Part shown: positions 49,290 to 61,392 of the stretch, in pieces | How positions within the stretch are numbered: position 1 is the stretch's first letter | Layout of the letters: each line of letters begins with the position of its first letter | DNA from: an uncultured Staphylococcaceae bacterium | GTDB lineage: Bacteria; Bacillota_I; Bacilli_A; RFN20; CAG-826 | Assembly (NCBI GenBank): GCA_964546565.1 | Contig: CAZJKC010000002.1 | Location: 1-63,549 of the forward strand | Length of the DNA: 63,549 nt | Direction of reading: 5' to 3' | Position numbers and translations under genes: made by a program | The notes under the pieces: generated by a model | Database searches by the model: none | The model's input: the letters and a program-made list of their open reading frames with translations, nothing else | What the model was told of the DNA's origin: nothing

Positions 49290-49928
49290 CTATTCTTTCC
49301 TTTGAAGATACTCAGCATATGAATATCGGCATCCACAATAAGGTTGACGATAAAGACCATATTTATTGGTTAATTCTCGACCATAATCGCTTCCCTTTTT
49401 CTTTTTGAAATCAGAATAGAAGTAGCGACAATGAAGATGCATTGCTTCTAGTTCTCTACCAATTTCATTTATCTTTTGAGCGTTTTTCTGACTTGATATA
49501 GTCATTACTGTCGTAAAGTAATCATAATTATTTTTTTCCGCATAATCATATGCTTCTGCCATTCTTAAACGATAACACAAGAAACAACGCTCACTAAATT
49601 CTGGTAAATGGGCAACTGACGCTAATTGCTTAATATAGTCTTCTTCATTATAAGTTGGAACAATAAGTTTAATATCATAATTATAATCTCTTTTTAAAAA
49701 AGAAATATATTTTTTTAGTTCTTGAAGACGAAGATTATATTCTCCGGCAGGATAAATATTTGAATTATTAAAATATATCGTAACATTAAAAAATTGGCAT
49801 AAAAAAACTAAAGGGTATGTCGAACATGGTCCACAACAAACATGTAACAATATTGACGCTTTATCTTTTTTATCTTGTATTTTTTTAATCTCATTTATTG
49901 ACCAATTATAATAATAAAGTCTTTCCAT
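49290..49928 (-). CDS. queH: Epoxyqueuosine reductase QueH (DUF208)
   Basis: 212 aa. LLHVCCGPCS and CFLCYRLR...CGC Cys motifs typical of QueH. Confidence 0.85.
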   Translation of the reverse strand: MERLYYYNWSINEIKKIQDKKDKASILLHVCCGPCSTYPLVFLCQFFNVTIYFNNSNIYPAGEYNLRLQELKKYISFLKRDYNYDIKLIVPTYNEEDYIKQLASVAHLPEFSERCFLCYRLRMAEAYDYAEKNNYDYFTTVMTISSQKNAQKINEIGRELEAMHLHCRYFYSDFKKKKGSDYGRELTNKYGLYRQPYCGCRYSYAEYLQRKE

Positions 49929-50011
49929 ATAATCACCATCTTAATGAAAAAATAATTTAATGTTAATTTAGCTATTTATATATTTTTTAACATATCAATC
50001 TAACATCTCCG

Positions 50012-50473
50012 CTACTTGCGAGGAACATCACTATTAATGCTGGGGTTATCAACGGTTCCATACTCACGTTTCATTGCTTCTATCGAAACCACCCACTGCT
50101 TGCCAAATTTGCATACATCAACTCCGTTAACTAGTTTTCCGTAAGTAATCGCTTTGCGGAGTGTACTTTCGTTAAGTCCCCAAAGTGCGGTTGCGTCACT
50201 AAATGCCATAAGCCCATCAAACGGAGTATCTACTTGAACACCATTTTCCCAAAGTTCATCACAAGATAAATCAACGTCATCATTCCAAATGATACCATAT
50301 CCGCCCGTATCAACCACTACATCAAAGAACACTTCTTCATTTTGCAAAGTGGCAAAAATGGGTAATTGTTTAAACAATGGTTTCACATCATATATTTTTG
50401 TAATACCCTCACAAAATTGTACACTCAATTTATAATCAGGCATTGCTGAAACATTTTTTACTTTATGAAACAT
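50012..50473 (-). CDS. DUF2442 domain protein fused to a C-terminal helix-turn-helix domain
   Basis: The N-terminal half (VKNVSAMPDYKLSVQFCEGITKIYDV...GGYGIIWNDDVDLSCDELW) fits DUF2442. The C-terminal ATALWGLNESTLRKAITYGKL...FGKQWVV looks like an excisionase/MerR-type HTH. Confidence 0.7.
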   Translation of the reverse strand: MFHKVKNVSAMPDYKLSVQFCEGITKIYDVKPLFKQLPIFATLQNEEVFFDVVVDTGGYGIIWNDDVDLSCDELWENGVQVDTPFDGLMAFSDATALWGLNESTLRKAITYGKLVNGVDVCKFGKQWVVSIEAMKREYGTVDNPSINSDVPRK

Positions 50474-50487
50474 AGTATCACGCCTCC

Positions 50488-50742
50488 TTATTCAAGTGGA
50501 GAAATGCTTCTGAAATTTTGCGTTTCCCAAATATCTTTTAATTCGTCTTTATGTAAACTAATCCATTCTTGTACCATTGCGAGTGCCTTGGAAGGTAAAT
50601 ATCCTTCCAACACTTTTCCAGTCATAAAATCAATCGCAGCCACATCATCATTATATATTGCATAAATATGCGGCGGATTATGCTCTTTCTGCAAAAATTA
50701 CATTCTAATAATAATTCCATAAAATCTCGACAAAACAGGCAT
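50488..50742 (-). pseudogene. DUF4160 family gene interrupted by an in-frame TAA at codon 15
   Basis: My translation from the ATG at 50742: MPVLSRFYGIIIRM*FLQKEHNPPHIYAIYNDD... The family consensus as I recall it has Tyr at the stop position (IRMYF). The track ORF 50488..50694 starts at a TTG just after the stop. Confidence 0.7.
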
Positions 50743-50778
50743 ATCAGTATCTCCAATACTTTCTTCATTAAAAGTGTT

Positions 50779-50792
50779 TCACGATATCGTGA
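50779..50792. promoter_or_regulatory. Perfect 14-bp palindrome, candidate operator of the DUF4160/DUF2442-HTH pair
   Basis: TCACGATATCGTGA, located 37 nt upstream of the DUF4160 ATG. Confidence 0.4.
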
Positions 50793-51052
50793 TATTTTCA
50801 ATAGTATATGCATTTTTTCTTTTATCTAATCTTTTAATAAGCCTAATAGAATTACTATATTTTAAGATAGATTAATTATGAAAAAAGCAAACGCAAAAAA
50901 AGGAATAAGAATTGTAAATAAAGAAATAATTTATAACAGAAATGTTTTAAAACTGTAAAAATCCATTTATTTTTTTTTAAAACATCGTTTTGTATGGTAT
51001 ACAATGCTATTTTTTTCATGTATTATGTTAAAATCTGCATTTTGTAATATTT

Positions 51053-52078
51053 TTAACATATCAACATGGCATCGCCAAAAGAAAAGAAGCGATATTTTTC
51101 CGCAATAGCGTGTCTATACACTTCCAATATAAATTCTCGTCCCGCAAACGCCGACACAAGCATTATTAAAGTCGATTTTGGCAAATGAAAATTAGTAACT
51201 AAACCATCAATAGCCTTAAATTCATATCCCGGATAAATAAAGATATCCGTTTCATCATGACACGCCACAAATTGATGATGTTTTTGCATCACCGATTCAA
51301 GTGTTCTTGTTGAAGTTGTTCCAACCGCAATAATACGACGATGCTCTTTTTTAGCTTGATTTAATATATCCGCTGTTTCTTGACTCATCCAATACGTTTC
51401 TTTATGCATATGATGATCCGTAATTTCTTCAGCCTTCACTGGTCTAAATGTACCTAACCCAATATGAAGAGTTACTTCGGTAACAATTACTCCTTTTTCT
51501 TTAATTCTATTTATAAGTTCCGGAGTAAAATGAAAACCGGCTGTTGGAGCCGCTGCACTTCCTTCTATCTTAGCGTAAACGGTTTGATAACGCGAATTAT
51601 CTCCACATTGTTTTTTAATATAAGGCGGTAAGGGCATTTGTCCTAGTTTTTCTAACACTTCATAAAATATACCATCATAAAGCATACGGAAATGTCTAAT
51701 ACCTTCATCAAATACCGCAACACACTCCGCAATTAACTCCCCATTAGCGAACTTAATACGAGTCCCAACTTTTACCGTTTTAGCATTTCCTACCAAACAT
51801 TCCCAAATATCATTTTCTTTTTGATTTAAAAGCAATACTTCGACATGGGCATTAGTAACTTCTTTAACACCAAACAATCGAGCAGGAATAACTTTTGTAT
51901 TATTAATAACTAACACATCACCGGCTTTTAAATAATCAATAATGTCATAAAAATGACGATCTTCATATGTATTTTTTTCTTTATGCACTACTAACAAACG
52001 GGAATTATCGCGTTTCTGACTTGGTTCTTGAGCGATTAATTCCTCAGGTAAATCAAAATCAAAATCATTAATATTCAT
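51053..52078 (-). CDS. queA: S-adenosylmethionine:tRNA ribosyltransferase-isomerase
   Basis: Start at [19 protein letters not shown], the canonical QueA N-terminus. The ORF extension to 52135 is rejected. Confidence 0.93.
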   Translation of the reverse strand: MNINDFDFDLPEELIAQEPSQKRDNSRLLVVHKEKNTYEDRHFYDIIDYLKAGDVLVINNTKVIPARLFGVKEVTNAHVEVLLLNQKENDIWECLVGNAKTVKVGTRIKFANGELIAECVAVFDEGIRHFRMLYDGIFYEVLEKLGQMPLPPYIKKQCGDNSRYQTVYAKIEGSAAAPTAGFHFTPELINRIKEKGVIVTEVTLHIGLGTFRPVKAEEITDHHMHKETYWMSQETADILNQAKKEHRRIIAVGTTSTRTLESVMQKHHQFVACHDETDIFIYPGYEFKAIDGLVTNFHLPKSTLIMLVSAFAGREFILEVYRHAIAEKYRFFSFGDAMLIC

Positions 52079-52079
52079 T

Positions 52080-53928
<1,849 letters not shown>

Positions 53929-53932
<4 letters not shown>

Positions 53933-55137
53933 TCCGCTACTACATCCTTTTCTTGAATTTGATGATATGTTTTTCCATGCATATATCCATATAAAATCAT
54001 CACTAAAAGTAAAGTTGGATCTAAAAAGCAAGGAATAATGGAATTATTATCTTTAAAAACAAATTGATCATAATTTAAATTAACATAGACGAAATAACAA
54101 ACAATAAATGATAAAAGGCATTCTTTAACAAATTTATTATCATGACCATCATGATAATACTTGTATAATTGATAAATAAGCAAACTAAATAACACCACTA
54201 AAAAAACAAAAGGAATAATTCCTCCTTGATATATAGCGTCTAAGAAGATGTTTTTAGAACTCATTTCTAATTGACGACCAAACGGATAAGTAAAAAGTCC
54301 TTTAAGTATTTCGACCGCAAAACCTAATCTTTTTATATTTTGACCTTTAATAATAATAAAAGCGACTCCACATACCAAAATAAAGCCTAGTGATAACCAA
54401 TATATGAGACGTTTTTTCTTATCCTGCGGATAAAAACGGATTAAAGCGATAACGGCACAAGCGACAAATACGGTAAATAATCCTTGCCAATAAGGCAATA
54501 AAATGAGCCCCAATATGCCCAAAACACCACACGCTAAAGCCATATGATACAACTTTGTTTTTTCTTTTTCTTTATAAAGCCATAACACATTTAATCCTGA
54601 GGCTAATAACGACATTGCATAGCCAAAAAAGGAAGTATCAACCGTATAAAAATTTAACCCTATCAGCATTTTAGCCATATGTGTTACCGTTCCACTTCGT
54701 GTCATAACATAGAAAAAACCATATTGAAATAGAGTATAAAAGACATTAATGATACCAAAGAAAAATAAAGCACCATATAAAACATAGAAAGGGTATTGTT
54801 TAAAACGTTCTCTAAAAGAAATAATATAACCGACAATAGAAGCAGACCCGCTACTACATACTAGAATTAAAGTATTCCCAATATTTAATCCCGCTTCTTT
54901 ATACAATATTGCAATAGCGAAAATATATCCGCATTGCCCAACCATCCACATGATAGATAACCAATTTAACTTATGAAATAAGTGATGATAAATTACCACA
55001 CCCAGTATAGCGAGAAGACAAATTATGACACGTGTAATTAAACTCAATGTATAAAATGTTAAAGACAAAGATAAAAACACTTCTAATGCCATAATTCCAA
55101 ATAGAAATTTTGCAAATGATTCTTCATGATTATTCAT
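53929..55137 (-). CDS. Polytopic membrane protein, O-antigen polymerase/ligase (Wzy)-like
   Basis: About 10 TM helices. Start at MNNHEESF, with GGAGGA RBS. The function is inferred mainly from topology and the glycosyltransferase neighbour. Confidence 0.45.
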
Positions 55138-55154
55138 ACAGATCCTCCTTTTTT

Positions 55155-56087
55155 CTACCAATAACAGCCTTTTTCAACTTTTTCATATCCTTTAGGCTTT
55201 CGACTCGGACGTATCCAATATTCATTCATATATTGCGCAACATGATGGCGGGTTTCCCATCTTTTCCCTATAATTCCAAACATGGTAGAAGTCGCTCCTC
55301 CTGTTTGAATCGCTTGTTTACCTAATGACTTATAAATAAACGAGCATAAAGAAGAGCCATAAGCCCCAGCACCTACTAAAGCAATATCAAAATCAATCTT
55401 ACTTATTTCATTTTTCATAAAAGAAAGGGCTTCTGTCCAATTTTTAAATCTATTATCTTCTGCTTCTCCAATAGTTTGCACACATTGAAAAGTTTTTAAA
55501 TCAAAGTTCGGAATAACACCTTTAGGATATAATTTATCCATTATTCGATATTGTCTTTCTATATCTTCATCAAAGGGTGATATAATTAATACCTTTTTTC
55601 CTTTTAATGCTTGAATCCAATCGCCCCGCAATGGTTCAAACGCCTCGTATTGTATTATCTTAGCGTCAGGACATAACTTTTGATAAAAATAGTCTTCCAT
55701 ATGAATACCTGATATCCCTAATATTGAAGCATTATCAAAGGCTTTTGTAGCCTCTTTTACATATTTTGTCAATGATTCATCGTCGACAGGAAAAACACCA
55801 GCATTATTTTTTATGCTATATTTTACCGTTTCTTTATAAGTCTTTTTTAGTCCTAGCATTATCTTTTCATAATTATTAATACAAGATAATTCAACAGCAC
55901 CAAAGCGCACAGCCATAAAAGGCCTATTGCTTTCAATCATTGATTTTAATATTTCATTACTATAATCAAGAGTAATATCCTTATGATGTGCAAAACGAAC
56001 TAAGCTTCTTTTCTTACGAAAAAGGCGATATAAAAAAACATGCCAACTATTTTTTATAAAATAAATCATATATCGTCCTTTGTTCAT
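55155..56087 (-). CDS. Putative GT-D-fold (DUF1792-like) glycosyltransferase
   Basis: 310 aa. The blocks RPFMAVRFGAVELSCI and DIALVGAGAYGSSLC resemble DUF1792 family blocks as I recall them. Low certainty. Confidence 0.4.
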   Translation of the reverse strand: MNKGRYMIYFIKNSWHVFLYRLFRKKRSLVRFAHHKDITLDYSNEILKSMIESNRPFMAVRFGAVELSCINNYEKIMLGLKKTYKETVKYSIKNNAGVFPVDDESLTKYVKEATKAFDNASILGISGIHMEDYFYQKLCPDAKIIQYEAFEPLRGDWIQALKGKKVLIISPFDEDIERQYRIMDKLYPKGVIPNFDLKTFQCVQTIGEAEDNRFKNWTEALSFMKNEISKIDFDIALVGAGAYGSSLCSFIYKSLGKQAIQTGGATSTMFGIIGKRWETRHHVAQYMNEYWIRPSRKPKGYEKVEKGCYW

Positions 56088-56173
56088 CTTATCAAGCTCC
56101 TTTTTTCCTTTATTATACTCGTAATAAAGGTATTAAGCAAAACGCATTCATATAATGACTAAGTGATAAAATG

Positions 56174-56206
56174 AAAAGGTTCAATACTTTTTATATCAAA
56201 CCTTTT
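56174..56206. terminator. Hairpin after the ATPase gene
   Basis: AAAAGGTT-17 nt-AACCTTTT followed by TT. The loop is long, so this is a weak call. Confidence 0.35.
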
Positions 56207-56228
56207 TTAGATAATTTCTAAACTATAT

Positions 56229-57458
56229 TTAAGATAAAAGCCAATCTAATAAATAAAGAACCTTAATACCATCATAAGAAGTTATATAATCTCTATCCAT
56301 TGATAAAACAATTTTTTTATAATTGTCTTTTATCATTTTTAATGGCTTAAGTTCTCTTTCACGAGTTTCTTGAGATAGCATACTTTCAGTCACTTGAATA
56401 TAAATTCTTTCATTCGTTTTTTCAGCAACAAAGTCAATTTCCATCTCGCCAACTTTACCGATATAAACTCGATAATCTCGTCTTATCAATTCTAAAAAGA
56501 CAATATTTTCAATAATGTGACCACGTTCCGCATCACGATAACCTAAAAGTATATTACGAAAGCCCATATCAATTATATAATTCTTACCAAGCGTTTTTAA
56601 AAGTTGTTTTCCCTTAACATCATATCTACCGACTGATAAAAAAATAAAAGCTCTTTGCAACATGGAAATATATTTATCAACTGTTTTTCCTGCAATATTC
56701 TTATCTTTCACTTTTGGAATATCTCCTTCATTAGAAAGGATATTTCCTATATTGTTAGGAGAAGTTATATTACCTATATTTGAACAAAGAAACCTCGTTA
56801 TTTTATCAAGCGTACGCTGATCAACTTGATTATTTCGTTGTAAGATATCTCGTAAAATAACAGTGGAATAAATCCCTTCAAGAGCTTGATTACTACGTGC
56901 TTCATTAAATTGGTATTCTCTTAAAATAGGCATACCCCCAAATTGTACATATTTTTGAAATTTTTCTTCTAAAGTCATTGGTGATTCAAAATCATAAAAT
57001 AGCAAAAATTCCTTAAAAGACAATGGTAAAATGCGGATTTCAACATATCTTCCTGATAGAAGCGTTGATAATTCTGTTGATAATAAATAAGCATTAGAAC
57101 CGGTAATATAAATATCAACATCATAATCTAAACGAAATGACTCAATAGCTTTTTCCCAATGTTCGACCATTTGTATTTCGTCAAATAACAAATATGTTTT
57201 CGTTTCTTTAGAAATCAAGTTACTAATAAAATCATAAAGGTCAAGATAATTCATTATATGTCGATATCGTAAAGACTCTAAATTCATATGAATTATTTGA
57301 CATTCTTCTACTTCATTATTTAAAAGATATTGATGAAACAATTCTAAAAGAGATGATTTTCCGCTCCTTCTAATACCCGTAACAATTTTAACTAAATCAA
57401 CATCTTTATTTTCAATAAGTTGCGTTAAATACAAAGGTCGATTAACAAGTTTAGACAT
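56229..57458 (-). CDS. COG1373-type AAA ATPase (AAA_14 + DUF4143 family)
   Basis: Start at MSKLVNRPLYL, with AAGGAG RBS. Walker A GIRRSGKSS, Walker B LLFDEIQ, and C-terminal MEIDFVAEKTNERIYIQVTES. Confidence 0.85.
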   Translation of the reverse strand: MSKLVNRPLYLTQLIENKDVDLVKIVTGIRRSGKSSLLELFHQYLLNNEVEECQIIHMNLESLRYRHIMNYLDLYDFISNLISKETKTYLLFDEIQMVEHWEKAIESFRLDYDVDIYITGSNAYLLSTELSTLLSGRYVEIRILPLSFKEFLLFYDFESPMTLEEKFQKYVQFGGMPILREYQFNEARSNQALEGIYSTVILRDILQRNNQVDQRTLDKITRFLCSNIGNITSPNNIGNILSNEGDIPKVKDKNIAGKTVDKYISMLQRAFIFLSVGRYDVKGKQLLKTLGKNYIIDMGFRNILLGYRDAERGHIIENIVFLELIRRDYRVYIGKVGEMEIDFVAEKTNERIYIQVTESMLSQETRERELKPLKMIKDNYKKIVLSMDRDYITSYDGIKVLYLLDWLLS

Positions 57459-57525
57459 AAAATAGCTCCTTTTTTCTATTATAATTAAACCAAAGAAAAA
57501 CAATAATGTCAATATTTTATGAAAT

Positions 57526-57581
57526 TGAAGTCAGAAACTTCATTTTTTTTAATAGTTTCTAACTACAAAGTCGGAAACTTT
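57526..57581. repeat. Three short related palindromes between the two ATPase genes
   Basis: TGAAGTCAGAAACTTCA (57526..57542), TAGTTTCTAACTA (57553..57565) and AAAGTCGGAAACTTT (57567..57581). The shared unit is AGT(C/T)(A/G)GAAACT. Confidence 0.6.
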
Positions 57582-57589
57582 TACATGTT

Positions 57590-58741
57590 TTAATAATCAA
57601 TGTATTTAAATATCTTTTCCTTGAGTTCCTTAAAAGAAGAATAGTCGATATGACAAGGCACATTTTGTTGACTTATCATATTAGATTTCAATGTTCGCAT
57701 TCGTTTATCGAAAAAAGAAGGCAATATATTGTGGTCAATCATTTGTTCATCATCTTTAAAGACAACATGTATATGATCATTACGATGAAAAATATCGAGC
57801 AATCGCGCATCATATGTTGAAAAATAAAACAACGCTCCTTTTCGATTCATTCTCTTATCTAAAAACAAATTAATAACGCTTATCACCGTTTCATGTTGCA
57901 AATAATCTTCCAACCCATCAATCATTAATAAACCGCCTAGCTTTAATGTTAAATAAGCCGATAAATAAACTAGAAGACCGCGAATTGTTCCTAACGATAA
58001 ATATGTTACTAAAAGCTCATTTTTTAAAGCAACTTTTTTATGACCATTACCATAAATAATCATCAGTTCATCATTCGATATTTTTTTAAAATTTACAATA
58101 TCTAGACCAAAAAAATGACAAACACTTAAAACGATATCTTTATTAATATAATCTAAATAATGATTTATAATTTTCATCATCTTAACTTTAGAATTATCTT
58201 TTAAAGAAATAACATAAGGCATTTTAAAATCAAAAGAAGACATCATCGATTTTGTTCCCGTCAATGATTGGCATTCAATAGGAACACGTACATATCTTCC
58301 ATTCCATAATTTATCAGTATTTTGAATATTAACATTTTTAACAAACAATTCTTGATTTTTTATTAATACGCGATTCTCACTTTGCATCATTTTAATAAAA
58401 CTTGGTGGAAATAATTCACATCGGTAACGATAAACCTTTATAGAATTCGTAAAGAAAATTGAAAGTGTTATCTTCTCTTGGCTAAAATCTTCCGGATGAT
58501 ATAAGATGTTATCTTCATTTAAACAGGCAATACATAAATCTATTAATGAGATAATCGATGATTTGCCACATCCATGACTTCCCATAAAGACTTGACATAT
58601 CGGAATGAACAATTTATCCCCAATTTGTAGCAATTCTGCATCATTGCTGGCTTTTGTAATCGATTGAGTGGTCAAAAAGTCAATCGTAAAATTGTCTTTT
58701 AGCCTTCGAAATCCCGTTACGATTATTTTTAAAATATGCAT
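57590..58741 (-). CDS. ABC-like (AAA_21/AAA_15-type) ATPase with degenerate catalytic motifs
   Basis: 383 aa. Walker A GSHGCGKSS, signature-like LSLGTIRG, Walker B LLMIDGLEDYLQHE (Gly where the catalytic Glu is expected), and FSTYD where relatives have T-H-S. Confidence 0.65.
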   Translation of the reverse strand: MHILKIIVTGFRRLKDNFTIDFLTTQSITKASNDAELLQIGDKLFIPICQVFMGSHGCGKSSIISLIDLCIACLNEDNILYHPEDFSQEKITLSIFFTNSIKVYRYRCELFPPSFIKMMQSENRVLIKNQELFVKNVNIQNTDKLWNGRYVRVPIECQSLTGTKSMMSSFDFKMPYVISLKDNSKVKMMKIINHYLDYINKDIVLSVCHFFGLDIVNFKKISNDELMIIYGNGHKKVALKNELLVTYLSLGTIRGLLVYLSAYLTLKLGGLLMIDGLEDYLQHETVISVINLFLDKRMNRKGALFYFSTYDARLLDIFHRNDHIHVVFKDDEQMIDHNILPSFFDKRMRTLKSNMISQQNVPCHIDYSSFKELKEKIFKYIDY

Positions 58742-58836
58742 GATAATTACGAAATGCTAAACGATTATTTTCAACACTATAAAGATTAACGTAGCCAAAA
58801 ATAAAAGAACCTTTATGGTTCTTTACTATCAGTTTA

Positions 58837-60045
58837 TTAATCATGGATTATTTCATTTAACATTTGTAAGATAACGTCAATTATTTTTTCAAAATCTTCA
58901 ATATCTAAATACTCTAATGGACCATGAAAATTTTCGCCACCTGTACCTAAATTAGGACAGGGAATGCCTTCAAATGATAATCTTGCCCCATCCGTACCAC
59001 CACGAATTGGTATCTCTTTAGGATTTAAATTATGGGCTTTAAAGGCCTTTTTAACAATTGTAATTAATTCGGGTTGTTTCATTATTTCCGACTTCATATT
59101 GTAATAACTATCTTCTATTACAACATCAACAATCGCCCCATATTGTTGATTAATTTCATCAACAATTTTCAAAAAATAAGCTTTCTTTTTTTCAAACTCT
59201 TGACGATCATGGTCACGAATAATAAACGACATGTTAGCGCATGCAACATTTCCTGACATATTTGTCAAATGGTAAAAGCCTTCATAATTCTCAGTATGTT
59301 CTGGTCGTTCTTGCATAGGTAGCTTCATAAATAATTCCATAGCCACAATTTGTGCATTAATCATTTTATCTTTAGCCGACCCCGGATGAATACTTTTACC
59401 ATGAACAGTTACTTTAACACTTGCAGCATTAAAAGTTTCATAATTAATTTCATTGATGTCCCCGCCATCAACAGTATAAGTATAAGCATCTTTAGCGACC
59501 TTTTTATACCATTCATAATTAAAATGATCCGTTCCTCTTCCGACTTCTTCATCCGGTGTAAAACACACTACGACATTAGGATATACTCCATCATGTGTTA
59601 AAACGTACTCCACTACCGCCATGATAATAGCAATTCCTGATTTATCATCTGCGCCTAAAAGAGTAGTCCCATCGGTCACAATTAGATGATGCCCTATTTT
59701 ATCTTTTAAATCTTCTTTTGATAATTTTAAGCCATTACCGATTTCAATATCATCACCCAATACTTCAACAATACGCGGATGAATATTATTCCCAGGAGCA
59801 TCAGGAGAAGTATCCATATGCGATATTAAACCAATGGTTTTTTCACTTTTAGCCTTACTTTCAAGATAAGCATAAACATATCCATATTCATCCATAAAAG
59901 CATTTTCTATGCCTAAATCATGTAATTCTTGTACCAAGTATTTAGCTAATTCTTTTTGTTTTAGCGAACTAGGAAATGTCGTGGAATCTTCATCTGATTG
60001 AGTGTCAAATGTTACATATTTTAAAAATCTATCGATCGCTTTCAT
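58837..60045 (-). CDS. pepT: Peptidase T (tripeptide aminopeptidase, M20B)
   Basis: 402 aa. MKAIDRFLKYVTFDTQSDE, ISHMDTSPD. Confidence 0.93.
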   Translation of the reverse strand: MKAIDRFLKYVTFDTQSDEDSTTFPSSLKQKELAKYLVQELHDLGIENAFMDEYGYVYAYLESKAKSEKTIGLISHMDTSPDAPGNNIHPRIVEVLGDDIEIGNGLKLSKEDLKDKIGHHLIVTDGTTLLGADDKSGIAIIMAVVEYVLTHDGVYPNVVVCFTPDEEVGRGTDHFNYEWYKKVAKDAYTYTVDGGDINEINYETFNAASVKVTVHGKSIHPGSAKDKMINAQIVAMELFMKLPMQERPEHTENYEGFYHLTNMSGNVACANMSFIIRDHDRQEFEKKKAYFLKIVDEINQQYGAIVDVVIEDSYYNMKSEIMKQPELITIVKKAFKAHNLNPKEIPIRGGTDGARLSFEGIPCPNLGTGGENFHGPLEYLDIEDFEKIIDVILQMLNEIIHD

Positions 60046-60103
60046 TATTAATCACCTACCACCGCTATTGTATAACGGAATAAAAACAATTTCAAAGGAT
60101 ATT

Positions 60104-61291
60104 CTATCGACATTGAGCTGCTTTAATAGCGCTAGCCCAAGCCCACATTAAGTTATAGCCGCCACACAAGCCATCGTTATCTAATACTTCACCGATAAAA
60201 AAGACATTTTTTTCTTTTAAAGATTGAAATTTATCATCAATATTAGTTAAGGATAGACCACCTATTGTCACTTGTGACTGCGAAAAAGGATACAATTCTT
60301 GGAATGTAAAAGTTAATTTTTTCATCATATGGACAACTCGTTTTAATTCTTCATCACTCTTTTTACCTTTGGTTTTCGTTATTTTTTCAATATATCGAGC
60401 TAATAAAGAAGGTAATGATCCATCTAAATAAGGATACCCATTATTTGTTTTCTCAATAAAAGATTGAAATAAGGATTGTTCATCAAATTCCGGAAATAAA
60501 TCTAACACAATAAAATATTTATCATCATATTGATTGTTTCGTGCAATTATGGAGCTAGCATTCATAATGACAATACCGCCTAAACCATCTTTTTTAAACT
60601 GGACTTCCCCTTTTTCTTGAAATAAACAACCTTTCTTTTGTGAAATTAAACATACTTCAGCTTTAATTCTTAATCCAAAAAGAGAAGATATATCTTCTTG
60701 AACCTTGATTGGCGTTAATCCGGGAAGGCAGTTATTAATAAAATAATGATGTTGCTTAGCAATAGAAAAAAATACGCCATTACTTCCAAGAGCGGGTGAA
60801 GACGCTCCTCCAGTAGCCACCACAAGACGATCAACAATCATCGTACTATGATCATCCATAATTAAATTAATCTTTTCTCCCTGATTTAAATAATCGGTAA
60901 GAGCGGATTTTAATAACACTTTGATTTGATATTTTTTGAGCCAAAAATTAAATATTTCCACAACGGTCTTGGCATTTTCACTACGCGGATAATATCGTCC
61001 TTCTTCATTTCGTAAATCTAGACCTAAATCATGAAAAACTGACGCAAGAAATAAAAAATCAAATTTTGAAAATAAGGCCTGCGCTTTTTGGTAATCACGA
61101 TATTTTGCATATAATTCATCTTTTTCACAATCATTTAAAAGATTGCACCGCCCATTTCCAGTTGCTAAAACCTTTTTCCCAATTTGATTTTCTTTTTCAA
61201 TAATTATTACTTCATCATCAGGATAATATTTCTTACGCATAATAGAGTACATCATCCCCGATGCTCCTGCACCAATAACGGCAATTTTCAT
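60104..61291 (-). CDS. HI0933/BaiN-like NAD(P)/FAD-dependent oxidoreductase
   Basis: MKIAVIGAGASGMM dinucleotide fold, ATGNGRCNLLN, and C-terminal GGYNLMWAWASA. Confidence 0.8.
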   Translation of the reverse strand: MKIAVIGAGASGMMYSIMRKKYYPDDEVIIIEKENQIGKKVLATGNGRCNLLNDCEKDELYAKYRDYQKAQALFSKFDFLFLASVFHDLGLDLRNEEGRYYPRSENAKTVVEIFNFWLKKYQIKVLLKSALTDYLNQGEKINLIMDDHSTMIVDRLVVATGGASSPALGSNGVFFSIAKQHHYFINNCLPGLTPIKVQEDISSLFGLRIKAEVCLISQKKGCLFQEKGEVQFKKDGLGGIVIMNASSIIARNNQYDDKYFIVLDLFPEFDEQSLFQSFIEKTNNGYPYLDGSLPSLLARYIEKITKTKGKKSDEELKRVVHMMKKLTFTFQELYPFSQSQVTIGGLSLTNIDDKFQSLKEKNVFFIGEVLDNDGLCGGYNLMWAWASAIKAAQCR

Positions 61292-61358
61292 AATGCCCTC
61301 CTAAATAAGTATACCTTTTATAAAAGTTAATAACTTTTCTTTTATTTTATCGCATCAC

Positions 61359-61389
61359 ACTTCTTTTTAAAAGGAAACCAAAAAGAAGT
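61359..61389 (-). terminator. Hairpin closing the OLD-glycosylase gene pair
   Basis: ACTTCTTTTT-11 nt-AAAAAGAAGT (perfect 10-bp stem), 4 nt after the glycosylase stop. There is no clean T-run on the minus strand. Confidence 0.4.
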
Positions 61390-61392
61390 ATT

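Noticed and set aside
419-50700. The idea that the two in-frame TAA codons (419..421 and 50698..50700) reflect stop-codon reassignment or programmed readthrough.
   Set aside because: TAA terminates many conserved genes here at their expected ends (for example hydC, rplX and tgt). The two sites replace different amino acids (Gln and Tyr), so independent nonsense mutations are the simpler explanation.
50622-50813. 63-aa ORF overlapping the 5' end of the DUF4160 gene.
   Set aside because: It is out of frame with the recognisable MPVLSRFYGIIIRM...EHNPPH reading, which explains the region better.
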